Below the pieces are notes generated by a model. The model was given only the letters and a program-made list of their open reading frames with translations, was not told the DNA's origin and did no database searches. A program made the translations under genes and the position numbers. 64,000 nucleotides of DNA from Candidatus Bathyarchaeota archaeon (GTDB taxonomy: Archaea > Thermoproteota > Bathyarchaeia > Bathyarchaeales > Bathycorpusculaceae): positions 448,001-512,000 of the forward strand of contig CAWHXY010000007.1 of the NCBI GenBank assembly GCA_963833575.1, in the 5' to 3' direction. Below are positions 29,754 to 37,795 of the stretch, piece after piece; positions within the stretch are counted from its first letter, which is position 1, and each line of letters begins with the position of its first letter.

Positions 29754-32700
29754 ATGGAAAAGCAGTCGGATTATCGCCAGCTTTACAATTCAATGCTTGA
29801 AGCCTTTGATGCCGTTAATCTGAACTATTTTGTCGTTGAAGTAAAATGTGACAAGAATGGTAAGCCTATAGATGTTCTTTACGTTGATGTTAGTCCAGCT
29901 ACAGAACGGTTGATAGGGAAAAGTAAGAAGGAGATTTTAGGAAAAACAAGGACTGAACTTATTGAAAAAGTAAATGATGAATTTCCAGAAAAATTCTTTA
30001 AAGTTATCCAAACAGGCAAGCCTGTTCATTTTCAAAGTTACGGTGCGGCAACTAAAAAGTATTATGATGTTTACGCTTGGAAGGTTACAAACCAAGAAGT
30101 AGCTGCTATAGTAACCGATGTAACTGAACGCAAAAATGCTGAAGAAGTACTTAAAGAAAGTGAAGAGCGCTTTTCCAAAGCATTCCATAAAAACCAACAA
30201 GCGATGGCAATCTCTGAATTAGATGGCAAAATAATTGAAATTAATGATAAATTCGCGCAACTATTTGACGTTGGCCGCCAGGAATTAGTTGGGCATTATA
30301 TGTCTGGTTTTGTCAAGTACGGTGACATATCCAAAAGGGAAAAGACGTTAAAGCTACTTAATGAGGGAAAAGAAGTTGAAGATGAGCAATCATACGTGCT
30401 TCAAACAGGCAGAAAGATAGATACAATATATTTCGTCCAAGTAATCAACGTGAATGGTAAAAAGCGTCTTTTTGGCATGTGGCAAAACATAACTGAACGC
30501 AAAAAAGCAGAACAAGCCCTTAAAGAAAGTGAGGAACGATTCCGAATTGCCCTCAAGAACTCGTCCGTTTCAGTTGCAGCTCAAGATTGTAACTTAAAAT
30601 ATGTTTGGGCATTTAACCAGAGAACTGCGCTCCCTGAACAAATAATTGGTAAATTGGATAGTGAAATATTTACTGCTGAAGAAGCGCTGCATCTTGATAA
30701 AGTCAAATGTCGGGTAATTAAAGAAAACATCGAAGTGAGAGAACAGTCTTGGTACAATAGACCAGATGGAAGAATCTTTTTAGATGTTACTTGGACACCT
30801 CTTCATGATTATAAAGGCAAAGTCATTGGAGTTGCAAGTGCAACGGTTGACTTGACTAGTTCGAAACTTTCTGAATTAGCGTTGAAAGAAAGCGAGAGCC
30901 GTTTTCGCTCCGTGTTGGACAATGCCCAAGACGTTATTTATAGGTTTAACCTTCAGACCGGGAAATATGAGTACACAAGCCCCTCAGTTAGAAAAATGGG
31001 GTTTGAACCCGAAGAATTGGTTGCCTTAAGCAGTAAAGAGGTATTTTCCCGCATACATCCAGAAGATGTAAATTTGTTTCTGAAAGGGCTAAACGACGCC
31101 AACATGAATGGCAAGAGCACGGTTGAGTATCGCTGGATGGATAAAGGAGGCCGATATAGATGGTGGTCTGTGCAGCTTATTATCGTTAAAGATGATAAAG
31201 GACGACCTCTTTATCGTGATGGCTTTGCCAGAGATATTACGGAGCGTAAAGAAAGGCAGGAGAAACTGGAAGACCAAGCCTCTCTTATTGACCTCAGCCC
31301 AGATGCTATACTTATTAAGAATATGGATGATACCATAATCTTTTGGAGTAAAGGCGCTGAAGAACTCTATGGTTGGACGAAAGAGGAGGCTATAGGGCAG
31401 AAAAGCCGTGTTCTTTTCAAGACTAGGTTCCCTGAACCCTATGTGGAAATATTGGCTGCGTTGCATTCTAAGGGGACCTGGACGGGAGAAAAGACACATA
31501 CCACAAAGAGTGGTAAACAAATTGTTGTCAACAGTCGGTGGCTTGCTAAACGAAATGAAAAGAGGCAACTGATGGAAATATTTGAAACTAACGAAGATAT
31601 TAGTGACCGCAAGATAGCAGAAAAAGAATTAAAGATAACTCGTGATCGGTTCTATGATAGTCTTTCTAAAATGCATGGTGCAATTCTGCTTGTTTCTACT
31701 GAAAATAGGGTTGAGTTTGCTAACCAAGCTTTCACTGAAATTTTTGATTTAAGTGAGACCCCATCGCAACTCCAAGGGCTTACTGCTGAAGAAATAATCG
31801 AGAAAATGAAGGATGGCTATGTGTCACCTAGTAGGGAGGAAGCAAGGATAAAGGAAATTGTCGTTGGCGGCAAACCTGTAATAGGTGAGGAGGTTGAGAT
31901 GACTGGTGGAAGAACTTACCTGCGAGATTTTATACCCTTAAATAAACAAGGAAGAACTGTCAGCCGTTTGTGGCACCATCTTGACATAACTAAGCAGAAA
32001 ATGGCGGAAAAATCACTGAAAGATCGAACTGAGCAGTTGGAGCAAACGCAAAAGAAGCTTGAAGAAAATGCTTGCTCACTCGAAGAGTACGCAAATCAAA
32101 TGGAAGAACTAGCTAAGCAAAGACTAAGTCAATTAAAAGATGCTGAACGATTGGCAGCTATTGGTGCCACAGCAGGTATGGTTGGCCATGATATTCGAAA
32201 TCCTCTACAGGCGATCATTGGCGATTTATATTTGGCAAAAATAGATTTGGCTGAGGGGCCAGACTGCGAAGGGAAAAACAAGGCTTTGGAGTCAATTGAG
32301 GAGATAGAAAAAAATGTCGACTACATAAACAAGATTGTAGCTGACCTTCAAGATTATGCTCGGCCTCTTAATCCGCAATTGCAAGAAACAAGCGTGAAAT
32401 CGGTGTTTGATGAAATATTGGCTAAGAATGGGGTTCCCAAAAACATTAAGGTAACTGTTGAAGTAGAAGATTTATCAGACAAGGTTATTGTTGATCCTGC
32501 ATACCTTAAGCGTATAGCAGCAAACTTAACTTTGAATGCAGTTCAAGCTATGCCTGAGGGTGGTAAACTAAATATTAGAGCCTTTCTCGACAAACAGACT
32601 GACGACGTTTTGATAACAGTTAAAGATACAGGGGTTGGAATTCCCGAAGATGTCAAGCCCAAACTGTTTACTCCTATGATAACGACGAAATCTAAAGGTC

Positions 32701-32822
32701 AAGGATTCGGGTTAGCTGTGATCAAACGTATGACTGAAGCGTTAGGCGGCACGGTAACTTTCGAGAGCAAAGAAGGTGAAGGAACAACCTTCATCATACG
32801 TTTACCTCCGCAAAAAAAATGA
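29754..32822 (+). CDS. Cytoplasmic multi-PAS sensor histidine kinase
   Basis: Several PAS/PAC units ending DITERK-like, H-box GHDIRNPL, NAVQAM, DTGVGI, GQGFGL. No TM segment. Confidence 0.95.
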   Translation: MEKQSDYRQLYNSMLEAFDAVNLNYFVVEVKCDKNGKPIDVLYVDVSPATERLIGKSKKEILGKTRTELIEKVNDEFPEKFFKVIQTGKPVHFQSYGAATKKYYDVYAWKVTNQEVAAIVTDVTERKNAEEVLKESEERFSKAFHKNQQAMAISELDGKIIEINDKFAQLFDVGRQELVGHYMSGFVKYGDISKREKTLKLLNEGKEVEDEQSYVLQTGRKIDTIYFVQVINVNGKKRLFGMWQNITERKKAEQALKESEERFRIALKNSSVSVAAQDCNLKYVWAFNQRTALPEQIIGKLDSEIFTAEEALHLDKVKCRVIKENIEVREQSWYNRPDGRIFLDVTWTPLHDYKGKVIGVASATVDLTSSKLSELALKESESRFRSVLDNAQDVIYRFNLQTGKYEYTSPSVRKMGFEPEELVALSSKEVFSRIHPEDVNLFLKGLNDANMNGKSTVEYRWMDKGGRYRWWSVQLIIVKDDKGRPLYRDGFARDITERKERQEKLEDQASLIDLSPDAILIKNMDDTIIFWSKGAEELYGWTKEEAIGQKSRVLFKTRFPEPYVEILAALHSKGTWTGEKTHTTKSGKQIVVNSRWLAKRNEKRQLMEIFETNEDISDRKIAEKELKITRDRFYDSLSKMHGAILLVSTENRVEFANQAFTEIFDLSETPSQLQGLTAEEIIEKMKDGYVSPSREEARIKEIVVGGKPVIGEEVEMTGGRTYLRDFIPLNKQGRTVSRLWHHLDITKQKMAEKSLKDRTEQLEQTQKKLEENACSLEEYANQMEELAKQRLSQLKDAERLAAIGATAGMVGHDIRNPLQAIIGDLYLAKIDLAEGPDCEGKNKALESIEEIEKNVDYINKIVADLQDYARPLNPQLQETSVKSVFDEILAKNGVPKNIKVTVEVEDLSDKVIVDPAYLKRIAANLTLNAVQAMPEGGKLNIRAFLDKQTDDVLITVKDTGVGIPEDVKPKLFTPMITTKSKGQGFGLAVIKRMTEALGGTVTFESKEGEGTTFIIRLPPQKK

Positions 32823-32970
32823 ACGCACATTGGTCTTCAAGAAAGCATAGTTTCTTAGATGCGAATCTACTGCTCTGAATTTGGCAGGCGTAACCAGTCT
32901 TAGCACTAACTTCTAAGAGTGAAAACTCAATAACTTTTCAATCTTTGAACAAATGAACCAAAATGAGGTT

Positions 32971-33026
32971 GAAAACGACGTGGAAAAAATTGTAATAACC
33001 TTGTCCGGGGTAAACCTAATTTAAGT
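32971..33026. repeat. About 55-bp direct repeat, copy A
   Basis: GAAAACGACGTGGAAAAAATTGTAATAACCTTGTCCGGGGTAAACCTAATTTAAGT, similar to 37479-37534. Confidence 0.8.
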
Positions 33027-33080
33027 GCAGTGGTCTCCACAGAGAAGAATATTCTGCAATAATCTTTTTGGTTTTAATTT

Positions 33081-33208
33081 GGGTTTGCTGAGGCTCTGGC
33101 TCAGAAATATAGAAAGAAATTTTCTTTTAGGAGAAAAAGAAAAAATGCTTTTGTTATCGCGATACTATGCCACGTATCGTGAATTTTAGATAAAGCCTAC
33201 TCAGCCCT
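33081..33208 (-). repeat. Conserved hairpin element, copy 4
   Basis: GGGTTTGCTGAGGCTCTGG (33081-33099) and degenerate ATAAAGCCTACTCAGCCCT (33190-33208). Internal TCGCGATAC-N8-GTATCGTGA hairpin. Confidence 0.85.
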
Positions 33209-33270
33209 ATTTTTTTCTCCATTATTTTTTAAGACTAAAAAAAGGGAATGTTGTTTTAGATTTGCTTTTT

Positions 33271-36246
33271 TTATGGTCGCTTCCTAACTGATATCAGTAT
33301 TAGAGCACCGACTATGGCTATCGCAATTATCATTGCGACCGCCGCTGCTGCGATGTACATTTCGGTTGGAGGCTGCGCTGTCACTGGTTGTGGAGATGCC
33401 GTCGACCCTGGAGCGCTGACAACCATTGAGGTTTCTGCGCTTGATGACCAGTAACCATTGGTGCCGGCGAAGGTTGCCGTGACTGTGTATTTGCCTGAAA
33501 TGTCAGGTGTCCATGAGAGGCTGTACGAGCCAGTTGCGTCGGTTGTTGCGGTTCCTATGACCCTGCTATTGCCGTTAGAGTCTACAACGCTGATTGTCAC
33601 TGGAACTCCTATGAAGTTGGTTGGTTCGGCTTGTTGCTGGTAAACGTAGCCCATCCAGTCAGTCATGTTTGCGTCAGATACAACTGGAACTCCATTTGGA
33701 AAGTCAGCTGCTTGTGCAGTTTGTTTTGTGCCAGCGGAAGTATCTATGACTGCGCCTCGAATTACTAGTGGTTGCCCAAAGGTTAAACCGGCATCTGGTG
33801 CTGTGATTGTGGTAGTGCTTGGTCCTTGGCCGACAGTGTAGATTTGCATGTCATAACCGTTTAGGAATGATGCGTAGCCGTCAGCTATTGCGGGAGTAGC
33901 CATACTGCCGTAACATGAAAGCGTCCAGATTTCTTGTCCTGTCGTTGCGTTAATTGCTCGCGCTTCTGCTCCTTTGTAAATAGGGTCAGTGATTGTGTGC
34001 TCGTTACTCATCAGGTATACTACACCGTTACCGCCGATAGGCCCGACGTAGGTTGGGTATTCACCGTAAACCGAGCTTAAGCTCATGGTGCTGTTGCCTG
34101 GGTCACCATTGCCATATGTCCATTTCAAAGCACCAGTCGAATCGTCAAAGCAGTAGCAAATTCCGCCCATGTTATCGATGTAGAGATTGCCGTAAGCAAT
34201 CGCGCCGATTATGCCATAGCCGAGTTCATAGTACTGCATGGCCACCATAGGTGATGTTGGACCCCATATCTGTTGACCTGTTGTTAGACTGTATCCTACA
34301 AATTGCTCTGGTTCCTCATAGTATACGGCGAAAGTTCGGGTTTGCCAGTCGGCTCCGGTAATGCTAAGAGTGAGGTTGCCTGCTGGTGGGTTATACGTTT
34401 GCATCCATAGTATCGAGCCAATTGCTCCACGAGATGCGTTGAGGTTGAGTGCGAATAGTGTGTAGGGAAGTTGTGGGTAGCCTGTTGAGGTAGTTGCGAA
34501 GCCGCTAGGTAGAGAGCCGTTTCTGCAAAGCATTATATCGTTAAAGTCGGTTGCAACGATCGTTAAGGGACATGTTCCGCCTGCTGCAAAGTCGCCAATA
34601 GCTGTTCCTTGTTCAGTGGGGGTTACTGTTTGTCCTGTTGCTGAGTTAAAGGTGGGTTGCAAGGGCATGGTGTTGAGCCAAGGGACGGAAATGTTCCAGT
34701 CGAAAGTTGTTCGTGCACCAACATTAAGCGGGTATACTGTTGTAGAGTTAAGCGGGATGAAAGCATTGTCTGTTATTGTTGACCCATAGGGAATAAAAAC
34801 TGAGGCTCCAGTTGGCGTGGTACCAGTAGTGCCCAAAGTTGTTAGGGGGATGCCTGAAGACGAAACGAGGACTCCATTGGATGCATTTACAACTGATGGT
34901 GACAGACTTCCACCGAACGTGTATGGATTAACGTCGGATTGCCACAGGTCGGATGAGTTCCACTGAGCTAAATACCAATTGGGATTGGCGGATGTGCCAT
35001 AGTTCATGAATACATATTTGATTTGTTCGCTGCTTGGACCCGGTACTGTTGCGGTTGTGAGTGCTACGGCTGGCTGACCTCCTACAAGCTGACCTGTTTG
35101 TGGTGCGAAACCTGGAACATTAGTTACGTTGAATAATTGTTGTCCTGTGAATCCATCCCAAAGCGTCCACATCGAAGGCAAACCAGTTACTCCGCCTCCT
35201 GCTGTTGAAACTAGTATTGGCGGAAATACTCCGTGTTGTTCGCCGTTCCAAAGGTTATAGATGTACGCGAATGATAGCGAATGTATGGCATTCGAAGACC
35301 AAACAAGTTGTCCTGTTTGTAAGTTGACGCAATTTAATGGTCCGTTGCTGCCCCCTGTGAATCCTTCTGGTCCGTTATAGTAAAGGTATCCGTCGACTAT
35401 TATCGGATTGGAGAATCTTCCGATGTAGCATGAGCCTTCAAAGTAACCTACGCCTTGAGCTGTGGGGTATTCGTTACCTCCTACAACTCCGCCCTGCTGA
35501 ATTGGCTGTGTCCACATAATGTGAGAAGTCAGTGGTCCCACTGCATCGCCATGATATGTCGAGGAGCTAGTGTAACCAGCTATCTGAGGTGAACCTGAAC
35601 CTAGCCAGTTTGAAGAAATCGTGTACCAATTAGTATTTTCACCGTATATTGGCCTTGTCCAGTAGTTTGTCGGCATCGGTTCTGAGGTTACAGCGGCGGG
35701 GATTGGTGCCTGCTGAACAGTGATTGTTGTTGAAGCACTGCTTGGCAGATAAGTGTCATTCATCAATATTGAACCAGAATAGCCGTCACCACTTGCCCCA
35801 TACACTTGCCCTGGGAAAGTAAAGTTAAACGTGTATGTGCCAGTTTGTGTTGGGGTGAAAGATGTTACCTCGTTAGATGTAGTGTCTTCAATTGTTGGAA
35901 AAGTAGTTTTGGTCGCTGTACCGTCAGGAGCTGTGATTGTAAGCTGGAAGTTCTGGAATCTGTAGTTGTTTGAAGTCAGGGCTGCGCTGGCTGTGTAACC
36001 GTTTGTTCCGATTACGGCGCTGGTTCCGCCTGCTGCTCCGTAGACCATGTCTAGCCACATGTAAACTTGTATTGGTTGACCGACGCCAATTATGCTGGGT
36101 TCTACGCTAATGTAGGCATATGTTGGAATATTCCATGCAGGTGTATGCGCGTTTGCTCTTGGGATTAGTGTGATTGAAGCAGTCATTGAAAATGCAAAGA
36201 GGATAATAATTGTCATAGCTGCAATTTTATTTTTGATAATTTTCAT
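33271..36246 (-). CDS. PQQ-like beta-propeller repeat cell-surface protein, paralog 4 (most divergent)
   Basis: Same architecture. Start ATG 36246 (MKIIKNK), C-terminal TM + RKRP. Confidence 0.9.
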   Translation of the reverse strand: MKIIKNKIAAMTIIILFAFSMTASITLIPRANAHTPAWNIPTYAYISVEPSIIGVGQPIQVYMWLDMVYGAAGGTSAVIGTNGYTASAALTSNNYRFQNFQLTITAPDGTATKTTFPTIEDTTSNEVTSFTPTQTGTYTFNFTFPGQVYGASGDGYSGSILMNDTYLPSSASTTITVQQAPIPAAVTSEPMPTNYWTRPIYGENTNWYTISSNWLGSGSPQIAGYTSSSTYHGDAVGPLTSHIMWTQPIQQGGVVGGNEYPTAQGVGYFEGSCYIGRFSNPIIVDGYLYYNGPEGFTGGSNGPLNCVNLQTGQLVWSSNAIHSLSFAYIYNLWNGEQHGVFPPILVSTAGGGVTGLPSMWTLWDGFTGQQLFNVTNVPGFAPQTGQLVGGQPAVALTTATVPGPSSEQIKYVFMNYGTSANPNWYLAQWNSSDLWQSDVNPYTFGGSLSPSVVNASNGVLVSSSGIPLTTLGTTGTTPTGASVFIPYGSTITDNAFIPLNSTTVYPLNVGARTTFDWNISVPWLNTMPLQPTFNSATGQTVTPTEQGTAIGDFAAGGTCPLTIVATDFNDIMLCRNGSLPSGFATTSTGYPQLPYTLFALNLNASRGAIGSILWMQTYNPPAGNLTLSITGADWQTRTFAVYYEEPEQFVGYSLTTGQQIWGPTSPMVAMQYYELGYGIIGAIAYGNLYIDNMGGICYCFDDSTGALKWTYGNGDPGNSTMSLSSVYGEYPTYVGPIGGNGVVYLMSNEHTITDPIYKGAEARAINATTGQEIWTLSCYGSMATPAIADGYASFLNGYDMQIYTVGQGPSTTTITAPDAGLTFGQPLVIRGAVIDTSAGTKQTAQAADFPNGVPVVSDANMTDWMGYVYQQQAEPTNFIGVPVTISVVDSNGNSRVIGTATTDATGSYSLSWTPDISGKYTVTATFAGTNGYWSSSAETSMVVSAPGSTASPQPVTAQPPTEMYIAAAAVAMIIAIAIVGALILISVRKRP

Positions 36247-36315
36247 TTTTCTTTTTCTTCCTTTCAATTTTAGTTACATCATCAAGTAGCTCGCGCGAAT
36301 ATTTTAGAACCGTTT

Positions 36316-36330
36316 ACTGAGACTCTCAGT
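36316..36330. promoter_or_regulatory. Perfect palindrome, candidate operator in the paralog 4/TrmB divergent promoter
   Basis: ACTGAGA-C-TCTCAGT. Confidence 0.5.
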
Positions 36331-36562
36331 CAATGCTGTAATAGAAGATAGCAATGTAAAATTAAAAGAGGGAAAATTTTGTACTAAACCTCGTAGATAA
36401 GTTCATATTTTGGAGGAACTATTGTGTTTTTCTATTCATACTAAACTAAACAGATAATGTTTACTATAAAAATAATTGAGGCAATAATTTTATTGATTAA
36501 ACGGTAAACATTGAATAATTTTATATATTAATTCATATAGAATAGCGAGAGGAGAATGACAC

Positions 36563-37375
36563 TTGACTTCAAATACCATTGAATCCTCTGCAATACAAGT
36601 CTTGCATGCTTTTGGCTTAACAACAAATCAAGCCAAAATTTACCTTGCTATAGCTCATTCAAAAGCGGATACGGTAAGAGCAATTTGCGAAGCCTCGAAC
36701 ATCCCTTTAGAAAGTATTTACAGAATTATGCCGTCGCTTGAGGAAATGAACCTTGTAAAAAGAGTATTTACAGCTCCTGTAAAGTATAGGGCAGTGCCAA
36801 TAAGGGATGGAATAGCGATCCTGAAAACAAGGGACAAAAAAGAAAGGGAAAAATTATACAAGAAAACGGAAAGTCTAATGCAGACTCTTGTCGTTGAAGT
36901 TCCAATGAGCAAAATTTCAACGCTCTTTGATGAAACGATATTAATCACTGGGTTTAAACCATGGGTATTGGAAATCGGGCAAACTGTCAAAAATGCAAAA
37001 GAGTCTTTTCATAGCGTTACCTTTCCCCAAAGTTATCGAGCTGGCTTATTTCAAAATGGAGACCACTACAAACATTGTGTTCAGCGAGGAGTTGAATGCC
37101 ACATTGCTATCCTTCAATCCGGGGAAATAACGTCTTACAACCTAGGCGACAAAAAAGTAATAAACAACCCCCTATGGAAGCGCAAATTTATCACTCCTAT
37201 TCCAACAAATTTTATGCTAATTGATAATAGTGAACTCTTTGTTTCGTTAACGTATGGCGAAATGGGCCAAAAATTCAGAGGCTTGCATACAACAAGCTCT
37301 TGCCTTGTAACCCTTGCTAGAGACTTTTTTGACAAGCTATGGATTAATCCGACCGAACAGCAAATGGAAATATAG
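36563..37375 (+). CDS. TrmB family transcriptional regulator
   Basis: FGLTTNQAKIYLA...SIYRIMPSLEEMNLV..P.KYRAV N-terminal wHTH, C-terminal FMLID..E...FFDKLW effector domain. Confidence 0.9.
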   Translation: MTSNTIESSAIQVLHAFGLTTNQAKIYLAIAHSKADTVRAICEASNIPLESIYRIMPSLEEMNLVKRVFTAPVKYRAVPIRDGIAILKTRDKKEREKLYKKTESLMQTLVVEVPMSKISTLFDETILITGFKPWVLEIGQTVKNAKESFHSVTFPQSYRAGLFQNGDHYKHCVQRGVECHIAILQSGEITSYNLGDKKVINNPLWKRKFITPIPTNFMLIDNSELFVSLTYGEMGQKFRGLHTTSSCLVTLARDFFDKLWINPTEQQMEI

Positions 37376-37478
37376 TCTAAGAATTTAAGAAAAAACAGTT
37401 TTATTAAAAAGAATGAAGCGTGCGCTTAATCCTATGTATATTGTGTAATAATTGACATTTTTAATGTTGAAAAATAGT

Positions 37479-37534
37479 GAAACGGCATGGATAAAAAATG
37501 TAATAACCGTTGCCGGGGTAAACTTAATTTAAGT
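37479..37534. repeat. About 55-bp direct repeat, copy B
   Basis: GAAACGGCATGGATAAAAAATGTAATAACCGTTGCCGGGGTAAACTTAATTTAAGT. Confidence 0.8.
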
Positions 37535-37795
37535 TTAGTCTTCGTTTGAGATTGCTTCTTGCGCGTGCTCTGTAAGGCTCCTCGCATTTTGGGTTTTGGC
37601 TAAGAAACTATTGAGGCTTCTTTCTGTTACCACAAGTCTTTATTAATGTTATTTCGGAAGCATTGTTAGTTAATAAAATCTTGAGGTTTATTTTATGAAA
37701 AAACTATACTTTGCTATAGCAAAAAGCGTGAATCCTGCATCTGATACGCAGACAAATTCAATCATATTTTCTTTAAACTGGATGGTGACGTAGAC

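Noticed and set aside
16146-33208. Hairpin elements as canonical integron attC sites
   Set aside because: No RYYYAAC/GTTRRRY core sites, the bulges are 3 nt rather than single extrahelical bases, and no integrase is present in the window. Kept only as an analogy.
16146-33208. Hairpin elements as C/D box sRNAs or CRISPR repeats
   Set aside because: CUGA is present but no conserved RUGAUGA box C. Copies are kilobases apart with no repeat-spacer periodicity.
16305-36246. Diversity-generating retroelement acting on the paralogs
   Set aside because: No reverse transcriptase in the window, and no template/variable repeat pair with adenine-specific mismatches was seen.
16305-36246. Calling the paralogs PQQ-dependent alcohol dehydrogenases
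   Set aside because: Only generic propeller repeats are visible. The vicinal Cys-Cys and other catalytic motifs of quinoprotein alcohol dehydrogenases were not seen.
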